In this document: piece after piece, positions 52,941 through 64,000 of the stretch
Layout: the number at the start of each line of letters is the position of its first letter
Numbering within the stretch: the first letter of the stretch is position 1
Assembly (NCBI GenBank): GCA_023213395.1
Contig: CM041465.1
Location: forward strand, 95,239,741-95,303,740
Source: Cycas panzhihuaensis
Lineage: Eukaryota > Plantae > Cycadophyta
Reading direction: 5' to 3'
DNA: 64,000 bases
Program-made: the position numbers and the translations under genes
The notes under the pieces: generated by a model
The model's input: only the letters and a program-made list of their open reading frames with translations
Databases searched by the model: none
Told to the model about the DNA's origin: nothing

Positions 52941-53741
52941 ATCTTCGTACTCAAGTTCATTGAATAAGACTCCCACTTACTAAATGTCTTCCCATAGAAC
53001 TAAAACCTTTAACTCTGATACCAAATGAAGAGAAAATATAACTGTAAAAGTAATATGATAATAGAACTCTAAACCATGAAAAGAATAAATAATTTAAACA
53101 AACCAAGCACTCAATAAAGAACACTAGGAGATTCAAGTCTAAGCATAGGCCTTTTATTAATCTAAGAAATAACTAAATAATTATAGAGATGAATAAATCC
53201 CAACTCTTCTCATCAACTGATTAAAGACTCATCCATAATCATATTGCATATGTCGTTACATAAGAATATATAGACACAACATTACAAGATACTGCCTTGC
53301 AGTTTTACAATATAATGGGCATAAACCACATGCTAATAAAGACCCCTATAAAATGCCTAAAAAATTTTCTCAGGGGCTCCTATGTTCAAACCCCCACTTG
53401 GGGGGCCGTTGGCCCCACAAATCCCTTAGTAAGGGGCCCTACAATGTGCCTTCAGACCCCATAAAGAGGCTCAAGTGTAATGCCTATCCTTGTGTAACAC
53501 TTGCAAAGTGTTCAACATATCTAACAAATATAAGGGTTGGAAGTGTCCAAATTAAGGAAATAATTAATGTTTATGGGGAACCTAATAATTTGGTTACAAG
53601 TATATTATAACTTAAACTATACATATGGTTCTAGGAAAGAAACCCAAAGACCACTATAGGTTGTATAAGATAATATAGAACAAACTATAGAAGTTTATTT
53701 ATGAGTAATAGGAAATTAGTTAAAGACTTGACACAAAGATT

Positions 53742-56700
53742 TGTGAAAATATGTAATAGAATTGCTCTGATACAATATTGGGAATATTGAGATTAGCTTT
53801 AATTCCATAAGATAATATAATATAATAATAAAGAACTTATGAGTATATACACATAGTAAATTAATCAGCATGATTATCAAATATTAAACATGTAAAACAA
53901 GCATGCACCAAGTATAAGCATCATCACAAGATACCAATAATTATACATGGAAAACTCATTGTGGGAAAGACCATGGGAGAAGGTGGAATTAGGACTTCAC
54001 TTATGATCATAAGGTTTACATCTTTCTCCTCTCTCCTTCGTCAAATTCTCAAGTAGTGAGTGTACATATAAATAGTAGGATCACCTCATGAATAACCTAT
54101 CAAATGTAATGAGTCTTTACATCATCCAATAAAGAGATAGTAAGGATATGTATACATATGACATATCTCAATATATATATGAATGGTGGGAAGTATATAT
54201 ATATAATAAACCCATATTAATCATAATATTTTAACAAACCCCTATAATATTTAATATCATGGATCTTGATCTCAAGTCTTTAAGTCTTTAACTTGTATGC
54301 TAGAACTTGTAACTTGTAACTGTATCCTATATCATGTATCTAATATCACCTATAACCTATAAATAACCTATAATGATATGCTTGTATCCATCAAGCATTA
54401 ACTTGTATAAAACTAGCATATGTGAAGTGTTTTATGCACATCTCCATATCTTCACTTGTTTGGCTACTTTCAATTAATATTAAGTTAGATGGTCAATATT
54501 ATGTTAACTATTCATTAAATCAAGAAGTAAGAAAAGTGATATCTGAGTCCATATAAAACAATAACCATTAATCGGAATATATGGATAACTAGCTATTGTA
54601 ATCACTAGTTCACTAGGAAATTACTTCAAATACATGGTTCATCATCCTTCCAAATTATTTATAGCAACAACATAATTAAGTGTGTCATGTAAAGTAGCAT
54701 CACTTGGATCAAGTCGACAATTAGATCACATCTTGAATAACTAACTCTAGGAATAGGCCAAACTGTCTGGCTAAGGCAAGTAACTATAAGAAGGAAAAAT
54801 GTACTCAACATCTTGTTGGATAACATTAATAACTAGTGTCTTATTCCAAATGATAAGTGGATCATGAAAAATTTGTCTAATAACTAGGTGTTCTATAAGT
54901 TTGGTTAGGGGTTTTACCATCCACTAAATAAAATGTGATGATACCAAAGAGGGAAATGAATAACTAATATATCAAAGATATTATATGTCATAAATTCATC
55001 AAATGTTTCTCACTTAATAATCCTTTTAAACTCAAATGGGAATTAAAATATCATAAATGGGCCTTAAAATGCTTAATTCTAAATCAAACTTTAATTTTCA
55101 TCCACCATTCCTTAAAAATATCATAACCATCATGTTTGGAGACATAAAACACATCATAATTAGATAAAATTTTCCTAAAAATATATATGGAATTCATTCT
55201 ATATGAAGTTTAGAGACTTTGCATCAATCTAATATTAATTTTTCCTATCATCTACTGACTAAAGTATGTCATGCAATCACTTGTTATGACTGTCTCAAAG
55301 TTTACTTTCCAATATAATAGATGAAACTTGATTTTGATACATGATTGATGAGATATGAAAGAAAATGTGCTAATGACCCATAAAAAAATATCTAATTCTT
55401 TAAAAATAGAGGATAAAATAAAAAAATAATCAAATATCAAATATATATTTGGAAAAATAAAATATTATTCAATCTTGTTAACTATATTTTGGTGTATGCT
55501 CCTATGATAGCTTAGTCCTTGGTCACATGGACTCTCCATATGATCATTTACTATCCTCTTAAAGCTAAAATTAGATCTAAAAAATTATGTAATTTAATTA
55601 AATTAGATAAATAAAATCCAAATCTTTTTTAGTTTTATAAAAAAATCATCCTTTACATGTCTATATAAAAAAAGAATTTGTTTACCTGCTTACATATCTT
55701 TGATTGATCTATGACTAAATTCTGATCAATCCTCTATTAAGCATTTTGTACATTATCTAACTGTGAGATCATTTAGACAAGGGTGATAGGGAATATTTGT
55801 TTACCAATCCATAGGAAGGCATGGCTATTATCTTTTTTCATTTGTGTATTTATGGCTAGGCCAATTACCCTTGTCCATTTCATGGATAATCTTCGTTTTA
55901 GTGTGGGCATAAGGCAGGTGATAGGGTGTGGATATAATACTAAAAATCCCACTATATGTAGCTTTAGCCTATAGTGAGGTGTAAACTAACCTACCCTATG
56001 ACTAACCTTTGAGATATTTATATTCTATATACATTTATTTTGTAGCATATTTGAACTATAGGCTATTGGTAGTGGTGGTAATGTTTGTTGATGTAAATAG
56101 GCATTATACAAAATGTGGTTATATCTATGGCTATTCTCCATGTAATCTTTCATGGTAGTAGCGTCCATTTATTGGCTAGCATAGATAAACAAGCAATAAT
56201 TACTTCATATAATCCCATAAGTTTGGCTGAGAGAGTAGAGGTCTACTTTCTCTATGTTAGGTGAGTGATTCACACTCTTTATATGGCTATGAATTTCCCT
56301 ACAAGACATGGGGTGAGCATTCTATAAAAAGGATATTCCAACATGGCATTACTTGTGGCTCCTTTCAAGAAGGTGATTGTGGTGAGTAAAGGTTTCCATT
56401 GTACATGCTCTAGCTTCCATATGTGGACTATAATTTTTTTATAAGGTTATGACTAGGGCAGGTAGATCCAAAAGTGTGATATGTGTAGGGGTGTTCATTT
56501 GATGGACAATAGGTAACTAGGGCAGGTAGATCCAAAAGTGTGATATGTGTAGGGGTGTTCATTTGATGGACAATAGGTATGGTTGTGTGATTATAGGTAG
56601 GCGAGCTTAGGTGACCTACCATTTTTTTTTATTTTCTTATGATGGTAAGATATATTGATAGATCTATGTGAGGGCATCATCCTAGATGGCTCTACTTTAG

Positions 56701-58296
56701 TCGTGTTGGGTAAGGTTTTTCATTCAGGTGTGAAGGTTATAGTTTCCATGAAGTGATTACATATGTCCATTGGGGAGTGGCAATGGTTGTTTTATTCAAT
56801 AATAACCAATATGGTATTGATAACCTCTATAGGTTGGGATTGTCCACTTAGACTTGCCATTGCATGATATCTCCATAGATGAGAGGTAGTTGTTGACTTG
56901 AGACCTTTATAGATCTTTGTTCTCAACTCAATAATCTAATAAGTCTATCACCATCGATAATATATTTATCAACCCAAATGAAATTCCTTCATAAATGTGT
57001 CATATACATCAAAATAGATATATGTAATTTGCACATATTCAACATAATCCCTCAACATTTAATGCCCTAAATTGATTCATAATAGCTCTTATATAATGAT
57101 CATCACAAGTTAATATAAAATTCCAATAATATAAATTTGTCCATAAAAAAAAAAAATGTTATCATCTTAACATTCAATCATAATAAATAGGTAATCATGC
57201 CCTTATATATTTTATATTCATCAATTTAACACAATCATGCTATATAAACTTCTTTTCCATGCACCATATATAAGAAAATTTCTTTTATATATATGTGAAT
57301 TAATTGACATAAATATATCATGTTGCCAACCTCGAATATAATCATGCCCTTATGTCTTATAACCATTTTGTGCTTAAATATAATTTTCTATATACCTTTA
57401 TAATGCTATAAAAAATAACCTATACTTATCATCATGTTGTTGTACAAGCCTACTTCTATTAATGGATTAACTGCTTTATTCTAATAGACTACTTTAAGTA
57501 CTTATATGCTTCATGAATATAAGCACCTACATGCATAAATAAATATCTATGATAAACTCAATATATTAACATATTATCAATAACTATTGTATTTATCCTA
57601 TATGCAGCTTTGACAGGCTCCTTTTGCTCTATAAATTATCACATATGTCACTGCCATATATATACATCTAATGCATCAAAAATACCTCATATATGGCCCC
57701 TATCATAGGCTTGATAGGCTAGCTATTGCATAAAATCTTAAAACCATAGGATCTAATACAATGTAAAAATATGTAATAGAATTATTCTAATATAATGATA
57801 AAATACATAGTAGAATTACTCTGATACTATGTTAAAATATTAGAAATATTGAGATTAGCTCCAATTCCATAAGATAACAAGATGCAATAATAACAAACCC
57901 ATGAGTATGTACACATAGTAAATTAATTAATATGATTGTCAAATATTAAACATATAAAGCAAGCATGTACCAAGCATAAGCATCACCACAAGACACCAAT
58001 ATTTATATATGGAAAACCTATTATAGGAAAAACCATAGGAGAAGGTGGAGTTAGGACTCCACTTATGATCATAAGATATACATATTTCTCCTCTCTTCTT
58101 TGTCAAATTCTAAAGTGGTGAGTGTATATATAAATAGTAGGATCACCTCATGAGTAGCCTATCAAATGTAATAAGCCTTTATATCATCCAATAAAGAGAT
58201 AGCATGGATATGTGCGCATCTTACATATATCGATGTATATGAATGGTGGGAAGTGTATATTTATAATAAACCCACACTAAACATTATGTTTTAACA
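53742..58296 (-). mobile_element. Non-autonomous copia-type LTR element
   Basis: LTRs 53742-54236 and 57762-58296. Degenerate iMet PBS at ~57750-57761. PPT-like sequence next to 54237. TSD only partial (AGATT/AGACA). Confidence 0.82.
56452..56579. repeat. Perfect 64-bp tandem duplication
   Basis: actagggcaggtagatcc...ggacaataggta at 56452-56515 and 56516-56579. Confidence 0.95.
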
Positions 58297-58739
58297 AGAC
58301 ACTATCCCTTAAGAAAGACATGTAAAGGGTTGTAAAATGGACAAACCAACATCTCCTTTTGAAGAACATGGAGTAGTAAGAAAAACATTTGGTTGACGCA
58401 CATATTATTAAACTAGTTCATAGGGAGGGGTATTATGCTTAATAATATCCTCTATGAAGACATTCTTCTCAAGAGGACCAAAGGGATAAAGCCCACTTCA
58501 TTTATTATAATAAGGAACTCAAGAGGAAGCCTCTAAGTTCATGAAAATTGTATTATAAAAGAGGAATACTCAACTATAATGTATAAATAGAAATTAGAAT
58601 AAACAAATAAAAGAGAACTCTAATGAGTGATTAAAGGGGGAACTCCCTTGTATTGTCACCAAAATATTTACTTGTCATAGAGGGGTCTTATTCTTTCCAC
58701 CTATGAAATAGTTAAAGCCAAAATAAATTCTAGAAGAAA

Positions 58740-60460
58740 GGGATAAAATTGAATCCTATAAGGAATATATCCCTATAAGTGATGAAAGATATTTATGTAT
58801 GTATCGTTATCAATATGTATATTTATAGAGTATAATAAATTGTTACTTATAAGGGCTTTGTGAGTTCTTTTATTACATTAATTTCTTTTATATATTTTCT
58901 TAAAATAAATTAATATATTACTTTATTATTTTCTTTGATAAATTAATCAAATAAAGCATGAAAAATAAATTAAATAATGTATGTTAATAGCTCTTACCTA
59001 GTTTGTTACTTCTAGTTGATGATGAGCAAGTGTATAAGCATTTCTTCCTTTTCCATTCTTCTTATTTTTACAAAATAACACTAAAGACAATGGTGCTAAG
59101 TGCCCATTATCATTAGAATAAAATATATAAGGGTCATAGGGGCTTACCTTAAGATCAAGATATGGCTATGTGAGTGTATCTAATAATCACTTCAAAGTAA
59201 TATACAAGAGAAGAAAACAAGAAAAATGAGGGGAATAAATAGTTATATGAGAGTGAAGAAAAATAATTAAGCTAGTCATAAGAGAGATAACAAGAAATAA
59301 AATAAATAAAAAGAGAGAAAACTAATAAATTATACTACCAAAATATAGTTGTCAAAGCAATGAATATTATAGAAGAGATATAAATAAAATAACAAATATC
59401 ATAAAATATATGAAAGGCAATCATAATGATACCATATGAATCATATAATAAACATGTAACATAGTGTATGTGATACCATAAAAGTAAAATAAATGGCCTA
59501 TAATAATATTACATATGCTATGTGGAGGAGCTATGATATAATAAATCAATATCATTGAATACTAATATATGAGGTTTATAATGATACTACATAAGCCTAA
59601 TAAAAAGACATGGTATAACCCTAATAATGCTATAAAAATATATATCCATGGCATGGTGAGTGTGATGCTACTAAAACATAATATGAAAGACATGGTATGG
59701 TTAAAGATAGAACAACACGAGATGTGGTATAAAACAAAGGCTAGGAGTATATTAGAAATCAATAAAAATAATATGTAAGATTTTATAATTCAAATGAAAA
59801 TGAATAAACATGAATAAATCCTCAATCTAAAAGTGAAAGTAGATAAAAAATAAATAAGTAATATGTCAAAACCCTCACTTGAGTGTAAGCAAGCAAATGT
59901 GATGGTTGCATTAAGGATATAAACTTTATAATAGAGATCTTCTATGAGATATTTATATTAAGTGTTTAGAGAATAATTCTTTAAATTTATCTTTGAAGTT
60001 AATTTTTTGAGATAATTATGTTGTTTTTAGGGTGTAATTATAAAGTCAGGCTTAAGAATCATGAAACTGGCCTAATGGGAGAAGATAAAAATATAAAAGG
60101 GGCATAACTTCTTCATATGATGTCTACTTTTTAGCCATGACTATTCATTTCATATCTACTTAAGTAGATATCCATTCTGGCTATGTAAAACCAATAAGTA
60201 AATTCAAAATTAATGAAGAAAATGTTAAAATGTATATAATATGACTGAAAATGATAAATAATATTGATTTTAACTAAAATAAATTACTTAGAGAGAAACT
60301 AGTTTATATTTAACCTATATGATAGCCAACTTAGAGGAAACTTAACCCATATAAGTTAACTCAGAGGAATACAAGTTAGTGTCAACTCTAAAAGGTCATT
60401 CATAAGAGCTAAAAAAGAGTGTAAGATAAGGCAAAAGAGAAATGAGTTGGCATAGAAGAA
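58740..60460 (+). repeat. Dispersed repeat A, copy 2 (with an internal extra segment; cut by the chromovirus insertion)
   Basis: Collinear with 6540-7770. Homology stops at ...catagaagaa, where the LTR at 60461 begins. Confidence 0.75.
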
Positions 60461-63400
60461 TGCAATGATTCAATACATAAGTTACACATAATGAAAACTC
60501 TTTTTGAAGAAAATTGGGAGTTCAAAAGTCTTTATTAAAGACTCAATAGCATAATTACATCAAAGGAGTGCAAGAAAGTTTAATAATCACTAAAAGATAA
60601 GACGTACTCTCCTATGATTTCAAATGACAATAAAATAGCATAAGAGTTCCTTTTACAATTGCTTGGCCTTATATAAGCAAACATGGTTGATACTACTAGC
60701 ATCCTATTAGCGGACCATAAGCCCTCCAATCTCATTGGTAGAGATATATGGCTTGTATATATGAACTAACAAAAGTCATTAGTGTTCCTTTCCTTAATTG
60801 CATAATTATGATTTTAGCATTAACATTCTCCATGTGATTAGATGCTCTTGTGCTATTAACCTTAGAAATTTGCTTAACAAGTCTCTCTCCTTAAGATGTT
60901 GAGTTCTAGAAGCACTGAAGATATGAATGTTATTTAATAAATTTCATTGACTCCCATATTACTTCATCAGGGTCACTGCTAGCCCATTGTAGTAAGTACT
61001 TGAAAATGGTTCTATTATAGAGATGGATTTGATGAGAATTTAGAATACCCATGGGAGGAATTGTGAGAACTTCATCTTCATAGAGGATGGGTAGGGTTAT
61101 TTAAGGGATGATAACTTTTCCAAGGTATTTCTTAAAGTAGGAAATATAGAAGACATTATGGATTTTTGATTGAGGGGGAAGGTCTAGAGCATAGGCTTCT
61201 TCACCAATCTTCAAAGAACTTTATAGGGACCATAATAGTTAGGGCTTAGTTTATAGGATTTCTTATGGTAGAGGGATTATTTCTTATAATTCTAGAGATA
61301 AAGGAAGACGAAATCACCTATAATAAATACTCTTTTATATTGGTGGCAATCAACCAATTACTTTATTTAATTTTGAGCAACTACTAAGTTTTTCTTAGGA
61401 GTAAATAAGATATGATCCATGTCTTGAAGTTTTTGTTGTGCTCCCATAGTTTGAAGATTGGCAGCCAATGTATGATGTGATGGTAGGATATCCATAAAGA
61501 GCCATAATTGGGATCATCCCAATGGAAGATTAATGGGAAGAATTATACCAATATTCTACTAATGCTAACTAGGAAGTCCAATGATTTTAATGCTATACTA
61601 AAAAGTAATATAAGTATGTTTCTAATGTTTTATTAAGAACCTCTGACTATCCATCTATTTGTAGATGATACAACAAGCTCAAATAAAAAGAGGTTTTAGA
61701 TGCTCAAAAAAGCTCTTGCCAAAATGTACTCATGAATTTTAGATCTGAATTAGAGATAATTATAGATGGAAAACCATGAAGGTGAGAGATAACCTAGATG
61801 TAGATATCAACCAATCGGGGAGCTTTATAAGTTGTATAAATAGGCAAGAAGTGAGAATACTTGGTTAAGTGGTTGATCATGGCCCAAATAGAGTCATATC
61901 CTATAAATAATGATAGCCCAATAATAAAATCCATGGTAATGTCTTACCATTTACCATGGGGAATTTTCAAGGATTGGAGGAGGCTAGATTAGGCTTTAGT
62001 CTTTACCTTATGTTGTTGGCATGTTTCACATTTTGAGGTATATGTAAGGATAATATACTTCATGTGAGGCTAATAGAATTCTAATCAAATTTAACAATAC
62101 ATTTTGTGAAACCTCAAGTGATTTCCAAGAGGGCTATTGTGATATTTTGCTAGGATGTAGGGGATGAATGGTGATGATAGATAAAAATATAATTTTGATA
62201 TAGAAGATGATTATTATGCTGAGTCTACTCTTTATGATTCTAGAATTTATTGGACCATATGGTAAAATCAACTTGGGCTTGGATGTCATAGATAAGGTCT
62301 TCTAACTAGGAGGGTTAGGGAGAAGAGATGACTTGAATTACTAGTTCTACAAGAAGATGAGAAAGAGAAAATATAATGACATTATCCTTTCCCTTTTTAT
62401 ATGCAATAAAAAAGTTAAAAACTTGAAGTTTGTTAACCCACTTAGATTAATACTTTGTTATGATTAGTTGGTCTAATAGGCATTAGAGGCTATGATGGTC
62501 AGTCAGAATGGTGAATTTGGACCCAAGTATATATTGATTTCACTTATCCATTACATGAAGAATAACCCTCATTTCCTTTTAATGGGTTGATAAGTGACGC
62601 TAATGTTCTTTAAGATTTTGGATTTCAAATGTAATGGGATGGAAATTCTACATAAGGATAACTCTTAGCATAACTCTAGAGGCATCACATTATAATTGAA
62701 AAGGTTATGAAAAATTAGGAGTGGTGAGGACTAATATGGGGATATGAGCATTTTTAGGTGGTTGAATGTATCTTCAACAAATGGTGACCATTGAAATAAA
62801 TCTTTATGTTGTATGTTTATCAGGGGACTTCTATAAATGCATAATTTTTGATAAAACAATGGTAAAATCTAGTCAATTTGAGAAAAACCCTTAATTGTAT
62901 GAGGTTTTTTGGAATGGGCCATTAAATGATGATTAATATTTTATCAAGGTCTACTTATATCCCTTCCATGGAGATGATATGCCCTAGGTATTGTAATTCA
63001 ATTTTGCCAAATTTTCATTTTGATATTTTGGTATATAGTTGGTTTTGCTTGAGAATCTATAAAGTAAACTCTAGATGTTGGACATGTAGAGCCATGATGG
63101 TACTATAGATGAGTATATCATCAAAGAAAATAATGATGAAATTTTTGAAGGTAGGGCACAAAAATTTTATTCATCAAATCTTGGAAGGTAGTAGGATTGT
63201 TGCATAACCCAAAGAGCATGACCTAGAATTCAAAATGGCCATGGTGGGTTCTGAAGGCTATTTTATACTTGTCCTCAAGTACTATGGGGATTTGATAATA
63301 CCTAGATTACAAGTCTAGTTTTGAGAAAAAAGTGGCCATATGGATTTCATCCAATATATCATCTATTTAAGGGGTCAAAAACTTATTCTTAATAGTGAGT

Positions 63401-64000
63401 TTATTAAGATCTTAATAATTAACATAAAGGTAAAAAGAACCATCCTATTTTCAAATAAGCATAATAGGTATGGCATAAGGGCTCTTACTAGGTTGAATGA
63501 TGCCCATATCCAAGAGTTCATTTATGATACACTCAATCTCATTCTTTTAAAAATACAAGTTTTAGTATGGTCATAAACTGATAGGACTATGCAGGTGCTT
63601 TAATTTAAAAGTATGGTAGAATCCATGATCTAGGGGAAGGCTATCCAATAGAGGATGAAAAATGGACTAGTACTTGGTTAAGACTATTTGGATATTCAGA
63701 TGAACCTTAGGTTATGATTGAATACTATTAATTTGGATAGTATAGCCAAGACTCCCATTGGATTACTTACTTATTTTCTTAGGAGAGATTAGTTTATTCA
63801 ATAATAACTGGAGATAATACAATTTATGGGTTTGTTTGAATTCATCTTTAAACATCATAAAAGGATTATTTAGAGAATTATTAGTACTATAAGTTCCTAG
63901 GATTTAGAGCCATTAGATTTCTAATATCACATCTAAGCCCCTAATATATAAGGCATAAAAGTCAAATATGTGTTAATAAATTTCAATTTAAACTTGAAGA
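60461..64000 (-). mobile_element. Ty3/gypsy chromovirus (Reina-like), degenerate, running off the window end
   Basis: 3' LTR 60461-60879 (TGTTAAG...TTGCA on minus) and PPT AAGGAGAGAGAC. Minus translation gives RT (AFRTHHGHFEF*VMLFGLCN.PTTFQ...FFDDILIYS), RH, INT, chromodomain (KYLLQW) and a protease tail (DVILEI*WL). Confidence 0.9.

Larger units (their letters stand above)
47755..53526 (-). mobile_element. Ty1/copia LTR retrotransposon, Tnt1/Tork-like, degenerate
   Basis: 501-bp LTRs at 47755-48255 and 53026-53526, TSD AATAT, iMet PBS at 53012-53023, PPT AAGTGGGAGAT next to 48256. Confidence 0.95.

Noticed and set aside
43500-58430. Old gypsy-like host interrupted by the LINE and copia insertions (PPT-like AGGGAGGGG at ~58422-58430)
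   Set aside because: Only fragmentary hints; boundaries and domains could not be established.

Overview
A gene-free, transposon-saturated plant genomic window. I found no host exons, RNA genes or CRISPR arrays. The element types and the very AT-rich, CpG-depleted old DNA suggest a large-genome plant such as a gymnosperm (inference). The window is a nested stack of retroelements of different ages: (i) a younger, GC-rich 13.9-kb Ty3/gypsy Tat-group element (24636-38536, minus strand; ~2.55-kb LTRs, CATGC TSD, tRNA-Arg-type PBS); (ii) a 5'-truncated L1 LINE with a 16-18 bp TSD and a C-terminal RNase H; (iii) a Tnt1/Tork-like Ty1/copia with a TRIM-like insert; (iv) three short-LTR non-autonomous copia derivatives; (v) chromovirus (Reina-like) remnants at both window ends; (vi) old mosaic relics and dispersed repeats. 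The most notable observation is in the Tat element. Its polyprotein RNase H lacks the first catalytic Asp, and no archaeal-type RNase H (aRH) is fused in pol. Instead, an intact 140-aa aRH with all catalytic residues is a stand-alone ORF about 1.15 kb downstream of the integrase stop. It sits between two (TA)n arrays and follows a splice-acceptor-like sequence, an env-like position that suggests RNase H is supplied as a separate protein. Two other aRH architectures (an old pre-RT-type Tat relic and the LINE) occur in the same window.
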